Below, one piece after another: positions 1 through 8,046 of a DNA stretch of 64,000 bases. Positions within the stretch are counted from its first letter, which is position 1, and every line of letters begins with the position of its first letter. The translations under genes were made by a program, and so were the position numbers. Below the pieces are notes generated by a model that did not search any database, had not been told where the DNA came from, and was given only the letters and a program-made list of their open reading frames with translations. Source of the DNA: Candidatus Parcubacteria bacterium (GTDB taxonomy: Bacteria > Patescibacteriota > Minisyncoccia > Minisyncoccales > JAGLUP01); the NCBI GenBank assembly GCA_023134715.1, contig JAGLUP010000005.1:8782-72781 (forward strand), read 5' to 3'.

Positions 1-1740
1 TATTACCCTAAGGACTTCTTCGATACTAGTTAAACCTTGCGCAGCTTTGATAAAGCCGTCTTCAATCATTGTGAGCATACCTTGTTGTTGGGCTTGCTTT
101 TGAATTTCATCGGAACTTACTCCTCTCATTATTAATTCTTTAATAGCTTCTGTAACATCTAAAACCTCATAGATGCCGCACCTGCCCTTATATCCCTCAG
201 AACAATTTTTAGAAGGTTTGGGCCTGTAAAATTCTATATTGCTCCAATTTTGTTCTTGTTTAATAATCTTTTCTTGTTTTAAAATTTTTAAAATTTTATC
301 TAAATCGCAATAGTTTTTTAAATCTTGCACTTCTGATTTCTTCAAAAAATACTTTTCCTTATTTGAACAAAGCCGCCTAACTAATCTCTGAGCTATAATA
401 ATATTTAAAGTAGAAGAAATTAAGAATGGCTCGGCTTTCATATCTCTTAAACGAGAAACAGCTCCCGCGGCGCTGTTTGTGTGCAAAGTTGATAAGACCA
501 AATGACCGGTTAAAGCGGCATTAATAGCCAAGCTCACTGTCTCATTATCTCTAATTTCCCCAACCATAATAATATCCGGGTCCTGCCGCACCAAGGAGCG
601 AAGTCCAGCAACAAAAGTTAGGCCGATTTTGGTATTAATCTGGGTCTGATTAATGCGAGGCATTCTATATTCAATAGGATCTTCAACAGTAGAAATATTT
701 ATTTCCGGAGTATTTAAAATCTCCATAACAGCATATAGGGTGGTAGTTTTTCCTGAACCAGTAGGTCCGGTAACCAAAATCATTCCAACTGGTTTTCTCA
801 AATTGCGCTGAATATCCTCTAATGCTTCGCCTCGAAATCCTAATTGTTCTAAAGTAAAGGCCTTAGCTGACTCAGCCAAAAGCCGCATTACAATCTTTTC
901 TCCGTTAAATACCGGCAAAATTGAAACTCGAACAGAATATTTATAATCCTCTGTTTCAACCTTAAAACGTCCATCTTGAGGAAGACGATGTTCGTCTAAT
1001 TTTAACTTAGACGAAACTTTTATTCTCGCTACAATCCCTGATTTTGCCTGAATAGGCAGGGTCATCACATCGCGTAAAATTCCATCTATTCTATAACGAA
1101 CTAAAACTTCTTTTTCCATCGGCTCAATATGAATATCAGAAGCGCGTTGAAGTATTGCGTGTTTGAGAAGAGTGTCTACGATTTTGATAACCGGCAATTC
1201 TTTGGCTGCTTTTTCCAATTCTTCTTTTTCATCTACTTTTTCCTCTTGTTTAATTGTTTTTATCGAACCTGCCTGTTTTTTAATAATTTCTCCAAATTCA
1301 ACGTCAAGAGTTTCTTGATATTGTTTAAGAATATTTTTAATGCTTTCCGGCGTGGTAAGGCGAGGTAAAATTTTTAAATTCGCTTTTTTTTTAATAAACT
1401 CAATAGTTAATAAATCATTAGGGTCAAGCATGGCCACTTCTAAATTTCTCCCTTTCTTTCTAAAAGCAGCTATATTGTGAGAACGAGCAATCGGCTCTGG
1501 AATAATTTTTAAAATCTCTGGGGCAATATTCTCTTTTTCTAAATTAACAAAAGGAATGCCTAAAATATAGGCCTCTAATTTAATTAATTCTTCTTGCTTA
1601 ATCAACCTTTCTGAAACCAAAACATTCTCTATTTTCTGCTTGGTTTTTTTAGCAATTTTTAAAGCTTTTTCAAATTGAGCTCTGCTAACTAAATTAGCGT
1701 CAAGTAAAAAAGCTTTTAATTGTTGAGGTTCAACACGCAT
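1..1740 (-). CDS. pilB: Type IV pilus / type II secretion assembly ATPase (PilB/GspE family); C-terminal end cut by the window edge
   Basis: The frame is open from ATG (1740) to nt 1 with no stop, so it is absent from the ORF track. N-terminus MRVEPQQLKAFLLDANLVSRAQFEKAL is T2SSE_N-like. Walker A ILVTGPTGSGKTT is encoded at nt 738-780. The last codons read GLTSIEEVLRVI. Confidence 0.85.
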   Translation of the reverse strand, partial: MRVEPQQLKAFLLDANLVSRAQFEKALKIAKKTKQKIENVLVSERLIKQEELIKLEAYILGIPFVNLEKENIAPEILKIIPEPIARSHNIAAFRKKGRNLEVAMLDPNDLLTIEFIKKKANLKILPRLTTPESIKNILKQYQETLDVEFGEIIKKQAGSIKTIKQEEKVDEKEELEKAAKELPVIKIVDTLLKHAILQRASDIHIEPMEKEVLVRYRIDGILRDVMTLPIQAKSGIVARIKVSSKLKLDEHRLPQDGRFKVETEDYKYSVRVSILPVFNGEKIVMRLLAESAKAFTLEQLGFRGEALEDIQRNLRKPVGMILVTGPTGSGKTTTLYAVMEILNTPEINISTVEDPIEYRMPRINQTQINTKIGLTFVAGLRSLVRQDPDIIMVGEIRDNETVSLAINAALTGHLVLSTLHTNSAAGAVSRLRDMKAEPFLISSTLNIIIAQRLVRRLCSNKEKYFLKKSEVQDLKNYCDLDKILKILKQEKIIKQEQNWSNIEFYRPKPSKNCSEGYKGRCGIYEVLDVTEAIKELIMRGVSSDEIQKQAQQQGMLTMIEDGFIKAAQGLTSIEEVLRVI

Positions 1741-1742
1741 AA

Positions 1743-2111
1743 TTATTCTTTTAGGGTTTGTTTTACCTTTTCGAGCAGCTCCTTGAGATTATAATTTAAT
1801 TTAACTAAATAAGTGGTCGCTCCCAATTCAATAGCTTTATTTATGTCTTCCATTGTCTCTAAATTGGTTAAAATAATAACTGGAATATCTTTAGTGGTCT
1901 CGTTATCTTTTAATTTTTTTAAAACATCAAAACCGCTAAGTTTGGGCAAAACAAGGTCAAGCAAAATCAAATCCGGCTTTTCTGCTTGGGCTAATTTCAA
2001 ACCAATTTCCCCGTCAAGCGCGCCCATTGTTTTATATCCTTCAGCTTGAAAAATATTTTCAAGATTTTTTTGCAAAACTGGTTCGTCTTCAATGAATAAA
2101 ATTTTCTTCAT
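1743..2111 (-). CDS. Single-domain response regulator (CheY-like receiver, no output domain)
   Basis: 122 aa. It has the acidic pocket FIEDEP, the phospho-acceptor context LILLDLVLP, and the IPVIILT...K pattern. Confidence 0.85.
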   Translation of the reverse strand: MKKILFIEDEPVLQKNLENIFQAEGYKTMGALDGEIGLKLAQAEKPDLILLDLVLPKLSGFDVLKKLKDNETTKDIPVIILTNLETMEDINKAIELGATTYLVKLNYNLKELLEKVKQTLKE

Positions 2112-2118
2112 ATGCGTT

Positions 2119-2179
2119 CATGAAACATAAAACATGGAACATGGAACAATTTGCTTCATGCTATGTGTTATGATTTATG
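2119..2179 (-). promoter_or_regulatory. Long AT-rich imperfect hairpin between the histidine kinase stop and the response regulator start
   Basis: Arms 2119-2137 (catgaaacataaaacatgg) and 2161-2179 (ctatgtgttatgatttatg) pair at 17/19 positions including 2 G-U, with a 23-nt loop. Confidence 0.4.
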
Positions 2180-2181
2180 TA

Positions 2182-3129
2182 TTATGCGATTGGGAGGGTA
2201 AACCAAAAAGTTGTTCCTTGATTTTCTTCAGAATTAAATCCTATCTTCCCGCCTAATCGTTTTATAATTGACTTAGTAATGAACAATCCCAATCCGCTTC
2301 CGTGAGTTTGATGCCTTAAAGCGTTTTTAGAGCGGAAAAACTTTTGGAAAATATAGCGCTGGTCTTTTTTTGGAATGCCAACTCCGTTATCTTTAACTTC
2401 AAAATAAGCATCCTTGCCTCTTGCGCTCAAATAAACATTAATTTCGCCTTTCTTATGAATATAACGAATGGCATTGTCTAAAAAATTTTCAATAACTATC
2501 TTGAGTTGGTGAGGGTCGGTGTAAATTAAAAATGGTTTCTTCTCGCTTTTAAAAGTGAGCTTTATATTTGACGCCTTGACAAAAGAATCAAAGCCAGAAA
2601 TCATTTCTTCCGTTAAACTATCTAAAGAAATCTCTTTCTTTTTAAAAGGAAGTTGTCCTTGCTCCAACCTGGACACAGTTAATAAATCATTAATCAGGTC
2701 CTCCATTCTCTTGCTATTTTCTTTTAAAATCCCAAAATATTCTTCATGTTTTTCTTGAACATTGCCCAATTTTCCTGAAGTTAAAATTTCAGCGCTCCAT
2801 TTTAAATTAGTAAGAGGCGCGCGCAATTGATGGGAAACAATATTTATAAATTCTGTCTTCATGCGAGAGGCCTCGGCTAATTTTTCAAAACTTTGAGTGA
2901 TTATAAAAGAAAGAATAAATAAAATTGCTGTTAATAAAAGAACAAGAAGCGACACCATTATTGGATTTTCTATATAACGAGTGCCTATAGCATAAGCGGA
3001 AATAGCTGAAACGATAATTATCGCGCCCATTATCAAAAAAAGAAATTGAGGACACTGCCATAAAGAAACACCGTATTTTTTGCATTGGGCCACGATATTA
3101 AATTCAGCAAGAATTTCTTTAATATTCAT
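2182..3129 (-). CDS. Sensor histidine kinase (2 TM, HisKA + HATPase_c)
   Basis: 315 aa. H-box is FINIVSHQLRAPL, N-box FLDNAIRY, G-boxes DNGVGIP and GSGLGL, and there are two N-terminal hydrophobic helices. Confidence 0.85.
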   Translation of the reverse strand: MNIKEILAEFNIVAQCKKYGVSLWQCPQFLFLIMGAIIIVSAISAYAIGTRYIENPIMVSLLVLLLTAILFILSFIITQSFEKLAEASRMKTEFINIVSHQLRAPLTNLKWSAEILTSGKLGNVQEKHEEYFGILKENSKRMEDLINDLLTVSRLEQGQLPFKKKEISLDSLTEEMISGFDSFVKASNIKLTFKSEKKPFLIYTDPHQLKIVIENFLDNAIRYIHKKGEINVYLSARGKDAYFEVKDNGVGIPKKDQRYIFQKFFRSKNALRHQTHGSGLGLFITKSIIKRLGGKIGFNSEENQGTTFWFTLPIA

Positions 3130-3192
3130 ATTGTTTTATTTTACCATAGTTTAATAGTTTTATTAAACTGATTTATCCCCAACTCAAACAAA

Positions 3193-3219
3193 AGAGCCAT
3201 ATATAAACAACATGGCTCT
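3193..3219 (-). terminator. Putative rho-independent terminator after the tRNA cluster
   Basis: The 8-bp stem agagccat/atggctct is followed on the minus strand by tttgtttg. Confidence 0.45.
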
Positions 3220-3225
3220 TCGGTT

Positions 3226-3300
3226 TGGAGCGGGTGAGCAGAGTCGAACTGCCGTTTTCTCGTTGGCAACGAGATATAATAACCACTATACGACACCCGC
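3226..3300 (-). tRNA. tRNA-Gly (GCC), CCA encoded
   Basis: Hand-folded. Acceptor gcgggtg/cacccgc, anticodon arm tctcg-ttGCCaa-cgaga, T-loop ttcgact, 3' tcca. Confidence 0.9.
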
Positions 3301-3317
3301 ACTTCGCCGCTTATTTG

Positions 3318-3390
3318 TGCCGCGGTTCGGAATCGAACCGAAATCTGATGTTTTTCAGACATCCGCCGTGACCACCTTGGCTACCGCGGC
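3318..3390 (-). tRNA. tRNA-Phe (GAA)
   Basis: Acceptor gccgcgg/ccgcggc, anticodon arm gatgt-ctGAAaa-acatc, T arm ttcgg-ttcgatt-ccgaa, discriminator A. Confidence 0.9.
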
Positions 3391-3396
3391 ATTATG

Positions 3397-3470
3397 TGGG
3401 CGGTGGAGGATTCGAACCCCCGACCTTCTCGGTGTAAACGAGACGCGCTAACCAACTGTGCCAACCGCCC
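3397..3470 (-). tRNA. tRNA-Val (TAC)
   Basis: Acceptor gggcggt/accgccc, anticodon arm tctcg-ttTACac-cgaga, T-loop ttcgaat. Confidence 0.9.
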
Positions 3471-3479
3471 TAAAACAAG

Positions 3480-3562
3480 TACCGAGGGCGGGATTTGAAC
3501 CCGCACGACCTTGCGGTCACGAGCCCCTCAAGCTCGCGAGTCTACCGTTCCTCCACCTCGGC
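3480..3562 (-). tRNA. tRNA-Leu (GAG), class II long variable arm
   Basis: 83 nt. Acceptor gccgagg/cctcggt, anticodon arm cgagc-ttGAGgg-gctcg, T-loop ttcaaat. Its 5' end abuts the rplS stop codon. Confidence 0.85.
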
Positions 3563-4048
3563 TCATTCCTTGTCCTTATTTTCTTCTTTCTTAATTTTCT
3601 TGATTTCTTGCTTTTCCTCTTTTATCTCCTCTTTTTCTACAACTTCTTTTTTCTCATCTTTCGGCTTTTCTTTCGCCTGTTCTTTAACCTCTGGCTGGAC
3701 AAACTCTTTTCTTTTTAGCCGTGTTTTTTTCTTTTTAACTCCTCTTAAATAATAAAGTTTTGCTCTTCTCACTTTTCCGCGCTCTAAAATCTCAATCTTT
3801 TCTATCGTAGATAAATGAAGCGGGAAAATTTTCTCTACGCCAATTCCTCCGGTTATTCTTCTTACAGTAATTGTGGCTGAAATCCCTTTCCCATGTTTTC
3901 TGGCAATAACTCGTCCTTCAAACGCTTGAACCCTTTCCTTGTCTCCCTCTTTAATTTTTTGATAAACCTTAACCAAATCACCAGGCCTAATATCAGGCAG
4001 GTCTTTTTTTAAGTAAGGTTTAATAAATGCTTCAATCTTTGTTGTCAT
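3563..4048 (-). CDS. rplS: 50S ribosomal protein L19 with about 50-aa Lys/Glu-rich C-terminal extension
   Basis: The N-terminal 110 aa carry the L19 signature ([17 protein letters not shown]...[28 protein letters not shown]). The tail is [40 protein letters not shown]. Confidence 0.9.
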   Translation of the reverse strand: MTTKIEAFIKPYLKKDLPDIRPGDLVKVYQKIKEGDKERVQAFEGRVIARKHGKGISATITVRRITGGIGVEKIFPLHLSTIEKIEILERGKVRRAKLYYLRGVKKKKTRLKRKEFVQPEVKEQAKEKPKDEKKEVVEKEEIKEEKQEIKKIKKEENKDKE

Positions 4049-4733
4049 AATAATTTAAGTTTTTTAATACTATTTTTAAATCCTCTGGTAATTTTGATTT
4101 AAACTCTTTTTCTTCTCCGCTTGGCAATGTTATTTTTAAACGACTCGCATGAAGAAATTGCCTTTCCAGTCCTTTTGGTTTTAATTGATTTTTAAAACCG
4201 TAAACCTTGTCTCCGACGATAGGATGCAAAATACTGGCAAAATGAACGCGAATTTGATGTTTTCTCCCAGTTTCAATTTGCGCTTCAAGCAAGGTATAAT
4301 TGTTAAATTTCTCTAAAACTTTATACTTAGTCACTGCTTTCCTTTTTCCCTCTGAATCAGGATCGTGCGACAAATAAACTTTTTGCTTTTTTCCGTCTTT
4401 TCCAGAACGGCCAATCAAGGTCTCAATTATTCCTTGCTTTTCTTTAATTTCTCCTTTGACTAAAGCTAAATACTTTTTCTCCACTTTTCTTTGCTTAAAC
4501 TGGCTCTGAAAAAAATCCAGGGCCTTATCATTTTTTGCTACAAGTAAAATTCCTGATGTATCCTTGTCTAATCTATGCACAATTCCATATCTTGGAGAAT
4601 GTCCTGTATTTTTTAAATCAGGAAATTTTTTAAAAAGTTCTTTAATTAAATCTGGATAAACAATTATCCCTGCCGGTTTGTCTGCCACAACCAAATCTTT
4701 GTCTTGATAAATAATTTTTATTTCTTTCATCAA
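4032..4733 (-). CDS. RluA-family pseudouridine synthase (no S4 domain)
   Basis: 233 aa with catalytic motif [15 protein letters not shown] and C-terminal HQIRVH. Confidence 0.85.
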   Translation of the reverse strand: MMKEIKIIYQDKDLVVADKPAGIIVYPDLIKELFKKFPDLKNTGHSPRYGIVHRLDKDTSGILLVAKNDKALDFFQSQFKQRKVEKKYLALVKGEIKEKQGIIETLIGRSGKDGKKQKVYLSHDPDSEGKRKAVTKYKVLEKFNNYTLLEAQIETGRKHQIRVHFASILHPIVGDKVYGFKNQLKPKGLERQFLHASRLKITLPSGEEKEFKSKLPEDLKIVLKNLNYYDNKD

Positions 4734-4809
4734 TTATAGTTATACTATAATATAATCATACTATCTTAAAATAAAATTAAAATCAAGCTTTTTCCTCTAA
4801 TCTTTAAGC

Positions 4810-4841
4810 ATAACAAATCTCGCCGATCGGCCTACTTTGTT
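4810..4841. promoter_or_regulatory. Dyad-symmetric motif ATAACAAA-N4-GCCGATCG-N6-TTTGTT (copy A)
   Basis: It lies in the divergent intergenic region. The same motif with identical spacing occurs at 23323-23354. Confidence 0.4.
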
Positions 4842-4876
4842 ACGGCTATAAAAGGTTATATAAATTTTGAAAAGTT

Positions 4877-4885
4877 TGTTATAAT
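4877..4885 (+). promoter_or_regulatory. Candidate extended -10 promoter (TGtTATAAT) for the 4930 operon
   Basis: tgttataat lies 45 nt upstream of the ATG at 4930. This is a pattern match only. Confidence 0.3.
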
Positions 4886-4929
4886 AGATATAATTATCAA
4901 ATTGATAATACTAATTTCTATTTATAAAA

Positions 4930-6192
4930 ATGAAAAAGCTAAAAATCATTTTAATTATTATCGCATTAATTTTATTGATTTCAGTTATCGACTCTTCCGA
5001 AGAAAAAAATCCAAGAAACCAACAATATCCAGATACGTCCACTATCCCTTCTTCGCCTAAGCCCTATGATATAAAAACCTGCCTTTATTATTACGGCGAC
5101 GAACTTACTGATTTAAATAATGGAAAAGCGTATAAAATGGCTTCTGGCTATGATCTTTTAATTCTCACAGAAACAGACAGTAAACCGGAAATCATAAATA
5201 AATTAAGAAAAATAAATCCAAACGCAAAAATTATAGTTTACACAAACGCAACTCAATTAGTAAATACTCACAATAAAATTATTAAAGAAAATAATATTTA
5301 TCCCAGCATGCAGAAAATTTTTGAAATGGCTGAAAAAGAAAACAAAAATTGGTTTTTATTAGACAAGCAAAATAATTTTACTTACGCGGCGCACCCATAT
5401 CTTGAAAGCGAATACTATAAAGAATTTATTCCTTACTTAGATATGTGGGTCTTTATGGACCCTTCCTCTGGCTGGGCAAATTATTATGCGAATTACTCAA
5501 AAAATATGATAGGAAATTTGTATGACGGAATCTATTCAGACGTTGCGGTTAATTACGAAGAATTGACGGAAACGATAAACACAAAAGAGTGGAAGCATCA
5601 ATTAAGCGAAAATGAATGGGATAACGCAATGGTAAAAATGCTTAGCAATGTAAATAATGCCATAGGAAAAGATAAATTAACAATTCACAACAATGGCTAT
5701 AATTATTGGATTTCATCTAACGCGTACGACGGACGGCTTTTAGAATGGTGGATGCAATTAGATATGAAAGAGCCAGTTGATGAAAATCTATGGAAACTAT
5801 ATATGGATTCTGCTGAAGAAACAATAAATTCTAAAGGAATCCTCTGCGCCGCGCATTACGGAACCACAGCAGAGCATAGAATGTTTGGACTAACCTCTTT
5901 CCTGCTAATCGCGAATGATGAAAGTTATTATTTTTTTGATGAAGGGGGAGTTGACGCAGAATCAAAATTAGCATGGTATTCAGAATATGAAGCAAAAATT
6001 GGAACACCTTTAAATAATTATTATAAAAAAGACAATACTTATCAAAGAGATTTTTCCAAAGGAAAAATTTTAGTCAATCCAGGCGAGGAAAACATTGATA
6101 TTAAATTCGATAAAGGCTATAAAACATTAGCCGGAGAAATTACAAATGAAATTACCCTAAAATCTAAAACCGGAATAATGCTGTTAAAATAA
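4930..6192 (+). CDS. Membrane-anchored/secreted hypothetical protein, possibly a glycoside-hydrolase-like TIM barrel
   Basis: 420 aa with an N-terminal hydrophobic anchor (KIILIIIALILLISVI). The alternating pattern of short hydrophobic strands and DG/EW motifs is reminiscent of GHL-type families. The family assignment is weak. Confidence 0.5.
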   Translation: MKKLKIILIIIALILLISVIDSSEEKNPRNQQYPDTSTIPSSPKPYDIKTCLYYYGDELTDLNNGKAYKMASGYDLLILTETDSKPEIINKLRKINPNAKIIVYTNATQLVNTHNKIIKENNIYPSMQKIFEMAEKENKNWFLLDKQNNFTYAAHPYLESEYYKEFIPYLDMWVFMDPSSGWANYYANYSKNMIGNLYDGIYSDVAVNYEELTETINTKEWKHQLSENEWDNAMVKMLSNVNNAIGKDKLTIHNNGYNYWISSNAYDGRLLEWWMQLDMKEPVDENLWKLYMDSAEETINSKGILCAAHYGTTAEHRMFGLTSFLLIANDESYYFFDEGGVDAESKLAWYSEYEAKIGTPLNNYYKKDNTYQRDFSKGKILVNPGEENIDIKFDKGYKTLAGEITNEITLKSKTGIMLLK

Positions 6193-6196
6193 AAAA

Positions 6197-6796
6197 ATGT
6201 TTAAATTTATAAAAACAAACAAAATAATTAAAATTTTAATTCTTTCAGATGTGGCGCTAATTGGAGGACTTGGTTTTGTGGTTCCAATCTTTGCTATTTT
6301 TTTAACTAATAATATCCAAGGAGGGAATATTCAAGTCGCTGGATTTGCCGCTTCTATTTATTGGATTGTAAACTCATTGGTTTTAATTCCTTTTGGCAAA
6401 TATTTAGACAAAAATCACGGAGAAGAAGACGATCTCTATTTCATAATCATCGGCAATATCTTAGCCGCTTTGGCTGTCTTTGGATATATTTTCTCCTACC
6501 TACCTTGGCATATCTACTGCCTGCAAGCAGTTTATGCTCTTGGTATGGGGATGAATATCCCAGGTTATACAGCTATTTTCACCCGGCACATTGACAAAGG
6601 TAAAGAAGCATTTGATTGGAGTGTAAGAGGAGCTTTAATTGGAATAGGCACTGGAATAAGCGGCGCATTAGGAGGAATGATTGCTCACAATTTTGGCTTT
6701 GAAACGCTTTTTATCGGGGTAACTATTTTTATCCTTATAAGTGCTCTTCTGCCCTTGTTAATTTTAAAAAATCTAAAATCTAAAATAATAATATGA
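6197..6796 (+). CDS. Half-size (6-TM) MFS-like membrane protein
   Basis: 199 aa with about 6 hydrophobic helices and an MFS motif-A-like loop FGKYLDKNHGEEDD after TM2. Confidence 0.5.
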   Translation: MFKFIKTNKIIKILILSDVALIGGLGFVVPIFAIFLTNNIQGGNIQVAGFAASIYWIVNSLVLIPFGKYLDKNHGEEDDLYFIIIGNILAALAVFGYIFSYLPWHIYCLQAVYALGMGMNIPGYTAIFTRHIDKGKEAFDWSVRGALIGIGTGISGALGGMIAHNFGFETLFIGVTIFILISALLPLLILKNLKSKIII

Positions 6797-8046
6797 GTTT
6801 GTTCAAAAAAATAACAGCGAGCTTTTTAATAGTAAGCGTAATTCCAATAACTGTTTTTGGAATTTTTTTAGTGAACAAAATTTTTAATATCACTAAGGAA
6901 AATGTTGTTGAAAAAAATATTTCTATAGCAAAACAAACAAGCTGGCAAATAGACACTTATTTTGACACTATTTTAAAATTATTAGAATCATCGGCTTCTC
7001 TCCCTGAAATAAAAGATTTTGATAAAGAAAAAATAGATAGAATTTTAGATTCTTATTACACAAGCTATACTATTTATTATGGAGAACAAACTGTTTTTGA
7101 GGCCAGCCCGTTTGAGTCATTTACTATTTTAGACAATCAGGGAGCGGTAAGAACGGTCTGCCCTCTCGACGAAAGTTATATAGGATTAGATTATTCTGAA
7201 CAATCCTTTTTTCAAGAAGTCATTCAAAAAAAAGAACCATGGCTTTCTTCAGATATTTCAATTTCTAAAATCACAGGAGAGCCAATAGTTAAAATCGCTG
7301 TGCCGGTATTTGGAGAAAATAAAAAAATCTCCTCTATTATTGAGGCGGATATAAAATTAGAAACCCTGATTCAGCTAACAGACCAAGTCAAAAAAGAAAA
7401 AACAGGTCATATTTTTACTATTAACAAAAAAGGCGTTTTTATTACTCATCCAAACAAACAATTGATTTTAAAGCAGGAAAATATTGAAAAAGAAATTCCC
7501 GGGCTGTCTCCTAATCTTTTCAAAAAAGAATTATTTGAAAAAGTTATCTTTTTTCCTCAAGAAAAACCAAACACAATTATTGCTTATTCTTTTCCTAAAA
7601 CAGTGGATTGGACAGTAGCGTTCAGTCAATCCTTGCCTGAAGCGTTTGCTGTTCCATTGGACATAAGAGATCAATTTATTTTAATTTTCTGCTCAATTAT
7701 TATTTTTGTAAGCTTGTCTGCTTTTTATCTGTCCCGGGAAATTACCGCTCCCTTAAAAAAACTAACTAAAAATGTAGAGGACATAGGAATTAAGCAAGAT
7801 CTAAAAGCTGAAATTAATATTAAAACTGGAGATGAAATAGAAGAATTAGCTTCATCTTTTAATCAAATGCTCAAAAGATTAAGGATAAAAACACACAAGC
7901 TTGAAGAAAAGACCAAAGAACTTCAAGAAAGAGTGGAGGAATTAAATAAGTGGTATAAGATGACAATAGGAAGAGAAGTAAGAATGGTAGAATTGAAAAA
8001 AGAAATAAAGGACTTAAAAGAAAAGTTATCCACAAACAAATTTTGA
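6793..8046 (+). CDS. Cache-like extracytoplasmic sensor + HAMP + coiled coil, no recognisable output domain
   Basis: 417 aa with TM1 at the N-terminus, an extracytoplasmic domain of about 270 aa, TM2 and a HAMP domain (APLKKLTKNVEDIG...GDEIEELASSFNQMLKRL), then a coiled coil. Its 4-nt ATGA overlap with the downstream pilin gene suggests coupling. Confidence 0.65.
   Translation: MSLFKKITASFLIVSVIPITVFGIFLVNKIFNITKENVVEKNISIAKQTSWQIDTYFDTILKLLESSASLPEIKDFDKEKIDRILDSYYTSYTIYYGEQTVFEASPFESFTILDNQGAVRTVCPLDESYIGLDYSEQSFFQEVIQKKEPWLSSDISISKITGEPIVKIAVPVFGENKKISSIIEADIKLETLIQLTDQVKKEKTGHIFTINKKGVFITHPNKQLILKQENIEKEIPGLSPNLFKKELFEKVIFFPQEKPNTIIAYSFPKTVDWTVAFSQSLPEAFAVPLDIRDQFILIFCSIIIFVSLSAFYLSREITAPLKKLTKNVEDIGIKQDLKAEINIKTGDEIEELASSFNQMLKRLRIKTHKLEEKTKELQERVEELNKWYKMTIGREVRMVELKKEIKDLKEKLSTNKF

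Noticed and set aside
1129-2049. Plus-strand ORFs 1129..1368 and 1813..2049
   Set aside because: They are antisense shadows of pilB and the response regulator, and their translations are low-complexity F/L/S-rich. The same reasoning applies to the other short antisense ORFs in the track, such as 2555..2758, 10398..10685, 13778..14057, 35677..36021, 41303..41733, 50363..50803, 55830..56489, 57622..58408, 61509..62546 and 63245..63628.
3141-3752. ORFs 3141..3362(-), 3212..3451(+), 3458..3718(+) and 3495..3752(+)
   Set aside because: They overlap four well-folded tRNA genes or are antisense to the rplS tail. Their low-complexity or Arg/Pro-rich translations are typical of tRNA read-through.
8027-8035. 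Perfect DnaA-box 9-mers TTATCCACA at 8027-8035 and 35027-35035
   Set aside because: Both lie inside coding sequence and far apart. My rough composition-based expectation is about one chance occurrence in 64 kb on both strands. There is no dnaA gene and no box cluster, so there is no evidence for an origin.
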